From an uncultured Kangiella sp. (GTDB lineage Bacteria; Pseudomonadota; Gammaproteobacteria; Enterobacterales; Kangiellaceae): DNA of 64,000 nucleotides. How positions within the stretch are numbered: position 1 is the first letter of the stretch; each line of letters opens with the position of its first letter. The stretch lies in the NCBI GenBank assembly GCA_964601915.1, contig CAZRPK010000002.1, positions 2,000-65,999 on the forward strand. Reading direction: 5' to 3'. The notes below the pieces were generated by a model. It was given only the letters and a program-made list of their open reading frames with translations. It ran no database searches and was not told where the DNA came from. Of this stretch, positions 49,317 through 58,270 are shown one piece after another. The position numbers and the translations under genes were made by a program.

Positions 49317-49383
49317 AGTCGTCAATTTTCATGTGTTAAACGGTATACTGAATTAATCAAAGGAAGCAAAAGGTAATTGCTAT

Positions 49384-50802
49384 ATGGCATCGATGCAAGG
49401 AACATATGACTCTCAATCAGCTAAAGAGATAAGCCTTGGCGGTTTGAAGAGTATTCTACAAAAGCTAGATTGCACAGAGATATATGTTAAGAAACTATCG
49501 AGTAATGATAACAGTAAAAATCAAGTTTACTTTGGTGCACATTTAACAGATTTACCTTTCATACCAACCGGAGAGATGACAGCCTCTCAATCAAAATCGA
49601 AGAAAAAGTCCAATGGCAAAAGAGATGTAAAATACCAAGCAACTCTTGATTTATCTTGGGTAGATCCTGAAGGGAACATTCATAAGGCTCCTAATTCTAA
49701 ACTCATCTATTATCCCCAATATCCAGAAGTGAGGTTTTCAGGCTTTCTTAAAAGCTCTAAAGTTAATGTCAGCAATTGGATGGATCCCTATAAGCAAGGT
49801 CGTGCAGAAGGTCGGTGGTTGATTCTTGGGGTTTCAATAGATGGCGGTGTCTTTGCGTACATGGCTGAACCTGAAAGCAATTTAGCCAAAGAATTAACTC
49901 AAGTTGATTTAATTGATGTTGGTAGCGTGTTATCAAAACTAGACAGTCAGTTTATTCATAATCGATTGTCCAGTAGAGAAAACTTGATAGCAACGCTTAA
50001 TAATATTCACCAAATGGGATGGATACCTAGTCAAAAAATGAACAAGGACTTTAGTACAGAGCCATACAAGGCACTAAATGGTGGTGGTTATACTCTGGAG
50101 GCTTTGCTTGGTATTCCTCCTAACGGAATAGCTGAACCAGACTATCTCGGTTGGGAAGTTAAGCAGTTTGGAGTAACAAGATTTCCACGAATAGGCTCAA
50201 AGCCTACAACTCTAATGACTCCTGAACCAAATGGTGGAGTGTATAAAGATAAGGGAGTTATTACGTTTGTGAATGATTACGGTTATCCTGACAAAAACGG
50301 AAAGCCTGATCGATTTAACTTTGGTGGTAAACATAATGTAGGAAAGAGCCAAAAACTCACCAGGCTAACGATGGAACTGATTGGGTTTGATTCAGCAAAG
50401 TCTGTAATTACTGATGCTAGTGGTTGTATAGCATTACTTGATAAATCGGACAATATTACTGCAAGTTGGAGCTTTGCTAAATTAATGGATCATTGGAAGC
50501 GTAAACATTCTAAGGCTGTCTACATACCCTGTATCAAACGCAAGTTGAATTCTGGTTCTCTGGAATATCACTACGGGAAAGATATTGAGCTAGGAACAGG
50601 AACAAATTTCGAAATGATTTTATCCGCAATGCATTTGGGTTCAGTGTATTACGATCCGGGTATAAAAGTAGAGGAAGCTTCAAGTGAAAAACCAAAGATT
50701 AAACGTCGAAATCAATTTAGAGTAAATCATAAGCACCTGAATACGCTGTACAATAAATTCGAATATGTCGAGCTAAAGTCAACAGTCTGGACGAAGAGTT
50801 AA
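49384..50802 (+). CDS. Type II restriction endonuclease: EcoRII-N-like (B3-type) domain fused to an MvaI/BcnI-family catalytic domain
   Basis: N-terminus 'YVKKLSSNDNSKNQVYFG...LPFIP' and 'LIYYPQ...RFSGF' resemble the EcoRII effector domain. C-terminus 'NGGGYTLEALLGIPPNGIAEPDYLGWEVKQ' (D..E-x-K) and 'RRNQFRVNHKHLNTLY' parallel BcnI/MvaI. Confidence 0.7.
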   Translation: MASMQGTYDSQSAKEISLGGLKSILQKLDCTEIYVKKLSSNDNSKNQVYFGAHLTDLPFIPTGEMTASQSKSKKKSNGKRDVKYQATLDLSWVDPEGNIHKAPNSKLIYYPQYPEVRFSGFLKSSKVNVSNWMDPYKQGRAEGRWLILGVSIDGGVFAYMAEPESNLAKELTQVDLIDVGSVLSKLDSQFIHNRLSSRENLIATLNNIHQMGWIPSQKMNKDFSTEPYKALNGGGYTLEALLGIPPNGIAEPDYLGWEVKQFGVTRFPRIGSKPTTLMTPEPNGGVYKDKGVITFVNDYGYPDKNGKPDRFNFGGKHNVGKSQKLTRLTMELIGFDSAKSVITDASGCIALLDKSDNITASWSFAKLMDHWKRKHSKAVYIPCIKRKLNSGSLEYHYGKDIELGTGTNFEMILSAMHLGSVYYDPGIKVEEASSEKPKIKRRNQFRVNHKHLNTLYNKFEYVELKSTVWTKS

Positions 50803-51035
50803 TGAACGATATTGATCTCACCATATTGGGAAGTTCTGAACGGATATACGCTCAGTTCGAGGAAAACGTAAGAAAAGAGTATAAGTGGGTGCCTTATTTC
50901 TTGTACAAAAAGAAGCGGAAGGAAATATTACGAAGCTTTTTGGATAGGGAGAGAATTTACCAAACTAAATATTTCAATAACAAGTTAGAAACTCAAGCAC
51001 AAATTAATTTAAATAACGCTATCGCGTCACTATAG
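50802..51035 (+). CDS. Small hypothetical protein (resembles only the C-terminal tail of a larger HD-domain-associated family)
   Basis: 77 aa, with the ATG overlapping the REase stop by 1 nt. 'VRKEYKWVPYFLYKKKRKEILRSFLDRERIYQTKYF...ETQAQINL' resembles the C-terminal segment of a predicted HD phosphohydrolase family. It may be a gene fragment. Confidence 0.35.
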   Translation: MNDIDLTILGSSERIYAQFEENVRKEYKWVPYFLYKKKRKEILRSFLDRERIYQTKYFNNKLETQAQINLNNAIASL

Positions 51036-51038
51036 ATT

Positions 51039-52136
51039 ATGAAGAAAGATATAAAAGCCAACGACTTTGGAATAACAGTGGAACAATTTTTAAGCTGGCG
51101 AATACCTAGGTTCGGAAAGTCGAACCCAAGTAGATTCGACAACAATGTTTGGGAGTGGTTAGTTAAAACGAGAAATAGTGCCTATCGAGCAATGGAGGAG
51201 ATGCAAGGGCCGTCGCCAATTGAAGAAGGCCCTACTTGGTGTTTCGATAGAATGGGACAAACGACAACAAACTTACCCGACGGTAGAATCGTTTACATCG
51301 GTGGCGAACATGAAGATCACTATGATCCTGACTTCTACATATACAACGATGTAGTGGTGGTGAACCCTGACCAATCCGTTGAAATATATGGCTATCCAAA
51401 AGATACTTTTCCACCAACAGATTTCCATTCAGCGACATTAGTTGATGATAATATTTATATAATAGGTAGTCTTGGCTATCAGGATTCAAGAATAGTTAAC
51501 CAAACACAGGTATATATTCTTGATATTAATAGCTTCGTTATTTCCATTTTTGAAACGATTAGTGAATCACCCGGATGGATTCATGACCACGTAACAGAGC
51601 TTTCAAGCGACGAAAGCTTTCTGAGCATTACTTTAGGTAAGTTAGATGTTGGTGACGAATGTTCGTTAATCGAAAATATTGACGATTGGAAATTAAATAT
51701 AGAAGACAAAAGCTGGGAGCGGTTAACTAACAGGCAATGGACGCGTTGGGAAGTTAAAAGAAGAGACAAAAAATTCAACCAGCTATGGGAATTGCGGCAA
51801 GCACTTTGGCGCCTTGAAAACAATTGGGAAAACAGCTACCAAAAAGATATGAGGACTCTCACTAAGAGTTTAGGAAAAACTCCAGATCTACTTTTAGTGA
51901 ATGAGTTATATAAACCTAATCATACACACAAAGCATTGCCCGAAAATGAAGAGGAATACGGAATCTATCGAATATCTATCGACGATGTTGTTGTTCGCTA
52001 CGTTGAGGAGTTTCATTGCGTTCAAGTAACGGTAGAAGGCGAATTACCAGAAAACATTATCAATTTGTTAAAAGATGATTTGCTAACAAAAGTGTCGTTG
52101 CTAGAGAATACTAAGTACGAGCTTACAGTCATTTAA
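51039..52136 (+). CDS. Hypothetical protein with Kelch/beta-propeller-like N-terminal half
   Basis: 365-aa ORF starting 3 nt after the previous stop. 'DGRIVYIGGEHEDHYDPDFYIYNDVVVV' and 'ATLVDDNIYIIGSLGY' look like Kelch-type blades. Function is unknown. Confidence 0.5.
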   Translation: MKKDIKANDFGITVEQFLSWRIPRFGKSNPSRFDNNVWEWLVKTRNSAYRAMEEMQGPSPIEEGPTWCFDRMGQTTTNLPDGRIVYIGGEHEDHYDPDFYIYNDVVVVNPDQSVEIYGYPKDTFPPTDFHSATLVDDNIYIIGSLGYQDSRIVNQTQVYILDINSFVISIFETISESPGWIHDHVTELSSDESFLSITLGKLDVGDECSLIENIDDWKLNIEDKSWERLTNRQWTRWEVKRRDKKFNQLWELRQALWRLENNWENSYQKDMRTLTKSLGKTPDLLLVNELYKPNHTHKALPENEEEYGIYRISIDDVVVRYVEEFHCVQVTVEGELPENIINLLKDDLLTKVSLLENTKYELTVI

Positions 52137-52378
52137 ATATTATTCAACAAAGTTTTAGTAAGAGCTTTATCAGGTCATGTTGCCATGATGACTCTGATTT
52201 CAGGATGGATTCTGCTAACGCCATTCTTGCTGAACTCAGTTTTACCAATAGTCCCTAGAAATTAACTTTACATATTCGAGTAGCCACTTCTTAATTTAAT
52301 TGATTGCACTGGCGCATGGTTAATTTATAATAGGTAGATGAGAATGATTGTAACGAAAACTAGGTCCTAAAAAACTGA

Positions 52379-54322
52379 ATGAGTTATCAAGTACTAGCCA
52401 GAAAATGGCGTCCCAAATCCTTTGACGAACTGGTTGGACAAAAACAGACCGCCAAAGCATTGATTAATGCCCTTGAAAGTCAACGTTTGCACCATGCTTA
52501 CTTATTCACAGGTACTCGCGGAGTTGGTAAAACTACGATTGCACGGATCTTGTCTAAAAGTCTCAATTGTGAAAAAGGCATCACTTCTAAACCTTGCGGT
52601 GAATGTTCTAGTTGTACAGAAATTGACCAAGGTAATTTTGTCGATCTGATGGAAATTGATGCCGCATCAAAGACTAAGGTGGAAGATACCCGTGAACTTT
52701 TGGATAATGTTCAATATCGACCGACCAGAGGTCGCTACAAAGTCTATCTAATCGATGAAGTTCACATGTTAAGCGGCCATAGTTTTAACGCGTTATTGAA
52801 GACTCTGGAAGAACCACCTCCTCATGTTATATTTTTGCTTGCTACAACCGATCCACAAAAACTTCCTGTGACGGTATTGTCCCGTTGTTTACAATTCCAT
52901 TTAAAACGAATGGAACAGCCACAAATTGTCGATCACCTCGCCATGATTTTGACTGCAGAAAAAATTCAATTTACTGCAGATGCGCTTTTACCCATTGCAA
53001 AAGGGGCTGATGGCAGTATGCGTGATGCACTTAGTTTGCTCGATCAAGCGATTGCGTTTAGTGGTGAAAAACTTGAACTGGACTCAGTTTTGGAAATGCT
53101 GGGCAGTATTGACCAAACTTATTGCTTTCAAATTTTAGCGGCGATCCAGCAAGATAATGCCGCTGAGTTAATGAATATTATTCAGCAGATGTCCCAGTAT
53201 TCACCAGATTATTTTGAAGTGATTTCTGACTGGTTGAGTTTATTGCATTGTATTGCTGTTGCTCAGGCCACTGGTCATTCAGAAGATCCTCAAATTGTTG
53301 AGCTAGCGCAAAAAATTTCGCCTGCCGATCTACAGTTATATTATCAATTATCCTTGCAAGCCAAAAAAGATTTACCTTTTGCGCCACACCCTCGTCAGGG
53401 ATTTGAAATGGCGCTACTTAGAGTATTAGCCTTTAGACCCAACAATGCTCCCGATCAGCCAGCAAAAAAAAAACGAATCAATGTTAGTACAAAAGATAAC
53501 CCGGCCACTCAAACGATAACTGAAAAAAGTCCGGCACAAATCCAATCCCGACAGCATAATAACGAACAACGGCCCCCAGATCACAGTAAAATTTCTGAGA
53601 ATACAATTAGATTAGTGGCTAATAACGAGCCTAAACCTGTGACTTCAACCGATCAAATTATCAATAGAAATTCTGGATTTCAAAAGTCTAATCAGGAGCT
53701 AAAAGCAGAAGTTAAAATGGCGGAGCCACCAGTAGAATATGCACCGCAAGCTCTAATACTGACTTCGGTCGATACCAAAAACAACGATCCACTGATTAAT
53801 GTTACTCACGAAGAAAAGCAAATCCAAGTAGACGCGAAAACAAAAGATATAAATGAAGATCAATTAATAGCCAAACAATCAGTTGAAAACACCCCGTTAT
53901 ATCCGGACGCGGATAAGATAGAACTATCTCAGGTTAATTTTGAAAACTGGCATTATGCGGTTGATCAAATGTCAATTGGTGGGAATGGAATACAAGTTTT
54001 ACTCAATTCTTTGGCTATATTTCAAAGCGGTTTACTAAAAATCAACCATTTATCTAAAGTGAGTCATTTTTTAACCGAGAATCTTCATCATTCTTTACAG
54101 CGAGAAATAAAGGAACATTTTGCCGATGGCACCGCTACTCAATTTAAAATAGAGTTTTTAAGTAAAGATCCATTACCTGAAACTCCCAAACAAAAACAAG
54201 TAAAACGGCATCAAGCAATCATAGAGCAAGCCTATCAAAGTTTGATTGCCGATCCTTGTGTGGCTCAATTGCAAAGGAAGTTAGGGGCAAGCTTGGATAG
54301 ACAGAGTATTTGTTTAACCTGA
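52379..54322 (+). CDS. dnaX: DNA polymerase III subunits tau (full length) and probably gamma (by recoding)
   Basis: 'ARKWRPKSFDELVGQ', Walker A 'GTRGVGKTTIARI', Zn module 'CGECSSC', 'IDEVHMLS', sensor 'SRC'. 647 aa. Confidence 0.97.
   Translation: MSYQVLARKWRPKSFDELVGQKQTAKALINALESQRLHHAYLFTGTRGVGKTTIARILSKSLNCEKGITSKPCGECSSCTEIDQGNFVDLMEIDAASKTKVEDTRELLDNVQYRPTRGRYKVYLIDEVHMLSGHSFNALLKTLEEPPPHVIFLLATTDPQKLPVTVLSRCLQFHLKRMEQPQIVDHLAMILTAEKIQFTADALLPIAKGADGSMRDALSLLDQAIAFSGEKLELDSVLEMLGSIDQTYCFQILAAIQQDNAAELMNIIQQMSQYSPDYFEVISDWLSLLHCIAVAQATGHSEDPQIVELAQKISPADLQLYYQLSLQAKKDLPFAPHPRQGFEMALLRVLAFRPNNAPDQPAKKKRINVSTKDNPATQTITEKSPAQIQSRQHNNEQRPPDHSKISENTIRLVANNEPKPVTSTDQIINRNSGFQKSNQELKAEVKMAEPPVEYAPQALILTSVDTKNNDPLINVTHEEKQIQVDAKTKDINEDQLIAKQSVENTPLYPDADKIELSQVNFENWHYAVDQMSIGGNGIQVLLNSLAIFQSGLLKINHLSKVSHFLTENLHHSLQREIKEHFADGTATQFKIEFLSKDPLPETPKQKQVKRHQAIIEQAYQSLIADPCVAQLQRKLGASLDRQSICLT
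53464..53473 (+). promoter_or_regulatory. A10 slippery run in dnaX (candidate -1 frameshift / transcriptional slippage site for a gamma subunit)
   Basis: 'gca aaa aaa aaa cga' at codons 362-366, just after clamp-loader domain III. The -1 frame reads acg aat caa tgt TAG (stop at 53485-87). Confidence 0.5.
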
Positions 54323-54391
54323 TTATTCTAGTTTAAGTTAAGGTTCAATTTTTATTAATCGTAGTATTTTAGAAATAAGGTAGAGGTAGTT

Positions 54392-54712
54392 ATGAAAGGT
54401 TTAGGCGACTTAATGAAACAGGCTCAGCAAATGCAGGAAAAAATGCAGCAAGCTCAGATCGAAGTTGCAAATGTTGAAGTATCTGGTGGATCTGGGGCAG
54501 GTATGGTCAAAATAGTGATGACCGGAAAACACGATGTGAAATCAGTTAAAATCGATCCATCGCTACTAGAAGAAGATAAAGAAATTCTGGAAGATATGAT
54601 CGCTGCTGCGGTAAACGATGCGGTCAGGAAAGTAGAAGAGCAAACCAAAGATATGATGTCCTCGGTCACCAGTGGTATACCCTTACCGCCTGGTTTTAAA
54701 ATGCCGTTCTAG
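54392..54712 (+). CDS. ybaB: Nucleoid-associated protein YbaB/EbfC
   Basis: '[19 protein letters not shown]...[25 protein letters not shown]' is the classic YbaB sequence, in the dnaX-ybaB-recR synteny. Confidence 0.95.
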   Translation: MKGLGDLMKQAQQMQEKMQQAQIEVANVEVSGGSGAGMVKIVMTGKHDVKSVKIDPSLLEEDKEILEDMIAAAVNDAVRKVEEQTKDMMSSVTSGIPLPPGFKMPF

Positions 54713-54727
54713 TAAGGGTTTGATTCA

Positions 54728-55330
54728 ATGCAACAATCACTATTAAGCGAACTAATCGATGCTTTTTGCTGTTTACCGGGTGTCGGTAAAAAATCAGCGC
54801 AAAGAATGGCCTATCATCTTTTGGATAAGAACAGACAGGGCGGTTTAATATTATCTGCTAGCCTGCATCAATCGATGCAGGATATTGGAAATTGTAACCG
54901 TTGTCGCGATTATACTGAAACCGATGAATGTCAAATCTGCCAGAATGATCGCCGTGATGAATCGCTTATATGTGTGGTTGAATCTCCCTCAGATGTGCTA
55001 GCTATCGAATCTACTGCTAATTTTCATGGTAAATTTTTCGTGCTGTTAGGACAATTATCGCCGTTAGATGGAGTGGGGCCAAATGAAATAGGAATACCGC
55101 TGTTAGCGAGTCGTTTAAAGGAAGGGATAATATCTGAAGTGATTGTCGCTACCTCTTCAACGATTGAAGGTGAAGCGACTGCCAACTATATCGCGCAAAT
55201 TGCCCATCAGGAGGTTGGCGAAAGGATTAAAGTAACTCGTTTAGCTCAAGGCGTTCCTGTTGGTGGTGAACTGGAATACCTTGATCAGTCAACTTTGGCT
55301 TTATCATTAGCAAATCGGAGATTAATCTAA
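54728..55330 (+). CDS. recR: Recombination protein RecR
   Basis: 'LIDAFCCLPGVGKKSAQRMAYHLL' (HhH), C4 zinc finger 'CNRCRDYTETDECQIC', Toprim 'ICVVESPSDVLAIE'. Confidence 0.97.
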   Translation: MQQSLLSELIDAFCCLPGVGKKSAQRMAYHLLDKNRQGGLILSASLHQSMQDIGNCNRCRDYTETDECQICQNDRRDESLICVVESPSDVLAIESTANFHGKFFVLLGQLSPLDGVGPNEIGIPLLASRLKEGIISEVIVATSSTIEGEATANYIAQIAHQEVGERIKVTRLAQGVPVGGELEYLDQSTLALSLANRRLI

Positions 55331-55354
55331 TTATTCCCCATTTTTCTAGGTTTA

Positions 55355-55392
55355 GGGGTTTGAAATCCAATGGTACGAAAAGTGACTCTGAG
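55355..55392. repeat. Tn3-family terminal inverted repeat (left end)
   Basis: 'ggggtttgaaatccaatggtacgaaaagtgactctgag' matches the Tn3 IR (GGGGTCTGACGCTCAGTGGAACGAAAACTCACGTTAAG) at 26 of 38 positions. The matches include GGGGT, TGG, ACGAAAA and the terminal AG. It lies 25 bp after the recR stop. Confidence 0.7.
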
Positions 55393-55723
55393 GATAGTGT
55401 TCAACTATTTTGGGGGAAAGAATGGTTTGTCCATTGATAATAAATCGCTCTGGTTTAATGACAGTGTCAGCTTTTTTGGTTTGGAAACTAAATCCAAAAT
55501 TGTTATTTTTCAACATCCTTTTCTGGTCTTAAAAGCTGCTTGGGAAGAACTATTGGCACACAAAGTCCATGCCTCACGCCACGACGGGGTGTTGTGCATA
55601 AACACGATATTATTCGCTTAACGCTCTACAGGCATTGATACAACTGAGCCACAGAGCCTCCACGTTTTTCTGGTAACATTTTTATACGATTAGGGTAACC
55701 TCATTGCATTAAGCACCATTTTC

Positions 55724-56362
55724 TTAAGAACCCTGATCTTCTTGCTTTATTTTTTTTGAAACTGTAGCAATTTTACCTCTAGAGCAACCTAGAAGATGAA
55801 CAATCATTGAATAAGATTTTCCATCACGCAATAACATTCCAATTTTTTCTGATAGCTCCGTATTTTCCCTTCTTCCTTTGTATAATCCATTAGATAAAGC
55901 CTTAACAATACCTTCTTTTTGCCTACGCCTGCGATCTTGATAATCCTTTCTAGCAACTGCGGCTAATAGGTCCAGCATCAAATCGTTTATTGCAGATAAC
56001 ATTCTATTAGTAAATTCGTCACTATATTTCATTAGTTGGTGACTTGTTGGTAAATCGAGTGAAACAACTCTAAGCTCTTTTATTTTGATAATTGCTTTTA
56101 ACTTATTCCAATCTTTGTCATTAAGTCTAGAAATGCGATCAATCTGTTCAACTAGGATAATATCGTCCGGCTGGGCGATTTCCAATAATCTGAATAGTTC
56201 GGGACGATTTAGCGTTGCGCCATTTTCGTTCTCAACAAAAAATGTAGCAATTGTTAGATCAGATTGCTTGGCAAACTCAATTAATTGTTTTTTTGCTCGT
56301 AATGCATCTTGCTCCTTAGTCGAAGCTCGAAGATAAGCATATACGCGATAATTGGAATCCAA
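55724..56362 (-). CDS. tnpR: Serine recombinase (resolvase/invertase family)
   Basis: 'RVYAYLRASTKEQD' (catalytic Ser), 'ILVEQIDRISR', C-terminal HTH 'SYSMIVHLLGCSRGKIATV'. The start codon is TTG, and no in-frame ATG is available. Confidence 0.9.
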   Translation of the reverse strand: MDSNYRVYAYLRASTKEQDALRAKKQLIEFAKQSDLTIATFFVENENGATLNRPELFRLLEIAQPDDIILVEQIDRISRLNDKDWNKLKAIIKIKELRVVSLDLPTSHQLMKYSDEFTNRMLSAINDLMLDLLAAVARKDYQDRRRRQKEGIVKALSNGLYKGRRENTELSEKIGMLLRDGKSYSMIVHLLGCSRGKIATVSKKIKQEDQGS

Positions 56363-56374
56363 TGGAAATATACC

Positions 56375-56480
56375 AGTCTATTATAAGTGGTTCTATAATA
56401 TCGGTCTATTATAGGTGGTGTAAACATTTAAAATAGACCGCTCCAGACTGATTCTATATAGGTATACCCTAAATAGACTG
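56375..56480. promoter_or_regulatory. res-like recombination/regulatory region (resolvase binding repeats)
   Basis: 'gtctattataAgtgg' (56376-90) and 'gtctattataGgtgg' (56404-18) are direct repeats. The half-site occurs inverted as 'aatagacc' (56432-39) and 'aatagact' (56472-79). The region starts immediately upstream of tnpR. Confidence 0.55.
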
Positions 56481-56799
56481 ATTCATTCCCTTTGTTATCA
56501 ATAATCTCTTTGCGGTTGTTTATTATCTGATTACCAGCGGACTCTCACTGACCTGAAAGTAGCAAGCCAATTTAATTATTCCACTTAGAGTGGAATTACC
56601 TTAGATCATGAATGAGTGACATAATTAGCACAAAAGGCTTCTCAATGATTGAAAATGCACAAAACATTCATAGAATAAAGCATTACAAAAGAAGTAACAC
56701 TCTGTTGTGTGGCAAGAAGTCCTATGACTATTGAGCTCTTTTGATTGAATATTAATTGCCACTTAACTGAATTGCTTCTATAATTCGTGTATAGTTTAC

Positions 56800-56829
56800 T
56801 TACTATACATATTATCTTTACTATACATA
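56800..56829. promoter_or_regulatory. Tandem 12-bp direct repeats (candidate operator) abutting the cargo operon start
   Basis: 'ttactatacata' occurs at 56800-56811 and 56818-56829. The second copy ends 6 nt before the ATG at 56836. Confidence 0.4.
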
Positions 56830-56835
56830 GCGATT

Positions 56836-57666
56836 ATGAATATACAAAAACCATTGAAACCACTTAAATCTGCTCCTGTCACTTTTGTTTTATGCAAAAT
56901 TGCATGTGGGGACCTTCTTAATTTCGATTCAGAGCATTTGGGAAGTGTTCAAGATGCTTATCGACAAGAAGGTTATCCGCATTATGGGAAAGTAAGTTCA
57001 AGTGAAATTGAGGTTGTTCGACAACCTAGTGTTCTGGTTAGGCAGCATGAGCGATTGATTCATCACTTTATCAGTAATGATTTTAATGATGGTGTCGCTG
57101 TGTCAGGTGGTGATCTATTTGTTTACACAAATAATTATATTAACTTCGAAAGTTATATAAAGAAAGTACTCAATGCTCATAGGATTTTCTCGGCGACAGT
57201 AAATATGCAAACCATTGCAGGAATAGGGATTCGATACATTGATTTTATCAACCCCAAACAAGGGAAGTCTTTACCTGATTATTTAAATCCTGCTATCTTG
57301 AGCCCTGAATACAAAGGTGATTTAAGTAGTATTGAACCTTTAAATTCTTCAATGCAGCATACTTATCAAACAGAGTTAGGATCAGTCCTTGTATTAAGGT
57401 CGTTAGCTGGTCGTGGGCTTAAGATTGTGCCTGATGATTTAGTATCAATGATCAGCCCTATGCTTGTAAAAGCGGCTACTGAATCTACGTTAGATAACAC
57501 TTCTGGTATCTCCGCTCTTATTGATACAGACCACTTTGTTCAGTTTAAGGCTTTAGAAAATGTGAAGGAATTAAATTTGCGAGAATTGATCGATAGGTTG
57601 CATGAGTACACCTCAAACTTGTTTTTTGAAAATGTAACTTCAGCAGCTATCAAAGAATGGAGTTAA
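56836..57666 (+). CDS. TIGR04255-like uncharacterised family protein
   Basis: 276 aa. 'LKSAPVTFVLCKI' N-terminus, central 'GIGIRYIDFINP' and C-terminal 'LIDTDHF...' match the pattern I recall for the sporadically distributed TIGR04255 family. Confidence 0.55.
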   Translation: MNIQKPLKPLKSAPVTFVLCKIACGDLLNFDSEHLGSVQDAYRQEGYPHYGKVSSSEIEVVRQPSVLVRQHERLIHHFISNDFNDGVAVSGGDLFVYTNNYINFESYIKKVLNAHRIFSATVNMQTIAGIGIRYIDFINPKQGKSLPDYLNPAILSPEYKGDLSSIEPLNSSMQHTYQTELGSVLVLRSLAGRGLKIVPDDLVSMISPMLVKAATESTLDNTSGISALIDTDHFVQFKALENVKELNLRELIDRLHEYTSNLFFENVTSAAIKEWS

Positions 57667-57671
57667 TTAAT

Positions 57672-58265
57672 ATGGAAAATACAATACTACCAGAAACAAG
57701 GGAATTCAATACAACTAGAAACACTGCAGCGGCTTTAGTGTTTGTAGCTATGGTTGGAACCGGTGGTGCTCTACTTAGTGAAACATCAAGAATTGATACT
57801 CCGACTAATAAACAGTACCAAATGGTTAAAGTTAGCTCTGCCAGTTTTCATGTTGAGAAAGGTGATAAGTTAGGTGGCCCGAATCTACAATTCCAAAAGG
57901 GTGTTATTGCTTTGATGGAAACCTACGGGTTTAATATTAAACAGTATGCTGAATATATGAAGGTTACTAGAGCAACAATCTATAGTTGGCTCAATATCAA
58001 GAAACCTATTAGAAGAGTTAAGAGTGTCAATCGTATTAGATTGGATGATTTATCAAAAGCATTAATAATCGTTAAGGAGGATAGGGCAAGTACATTTGGT
58101 GTGTGGTTACTAAATCCTTTAGATGATTTGACCAGTAAAGTAAAAAATTTGTTATCTAGCGATGGAATAGAGCTGGATGCCTTTTATGAACTCGCACCGA
58201 AAATAAACTCAGCGTTGCGCTCTGAGACTAGCAGAATTGAACTTGATGATTTGTTAGGGTTGTAA
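57672..58265 (+). CDS. HTH protein with Xre/MbcA/ParS-type (DUF2384-like) C-terminal domain; antitoxin-like
   Basis: HTH 'NIKQYAEYMKVTRATIYSWLN', then 'FGVWLLNPLDDLTSKVKNLLSSDG' (compare the DUF2384 pattern W-x-x-x-P-x-x-x-L). GGAG lies 9 nt before the ATG at 57672. An alternative ATG at 57657 overlaps the upstream gene by 10 nt. Confidence 0.5.
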   Translation: MENTILPETREFNTTRNTAAALVFVAMVGTGGALLSETSRIDTPTNKQYQMVKVSSASFHVEKGDKLGGPNLQFQKGVIALMETYGFNIKQYAEYMKVTRATIYSWLNIKKPIRRVKSVNRIRLDDLSKALIIVKEDRASTFGVWLLNPLDDLTSKVKNLLSSDGIELDAFYELAPKINSALRSETSRIELDDLLGL

Positions 58266-58270
58266 TTTTG

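Noticed and set aside
55370-55621. 83-aa ORF between recR and tnpR.
   Set aside because: It starts inside the transposon IR, has no recognisable motif or RBS, and has low-complexity composition. It is probably non-coding transposon-end sequence.
55586-55623. Second GGGG-initiated 38-mer, 'ggggtgttgtgcataaacacgatattattcgcttaacg', in the same orientation as the IR at 55355. It could be an alternative or nested Tn3-family IR.
   Set aside because: Apart from the GGGG start and a TAA(C)G-like end, it shares little with the Tn3 IR consensus, whereas 55355-55392 matches 26/38. I kept it only as an alternative, to be tested once the right end beyond 64,000 is available.
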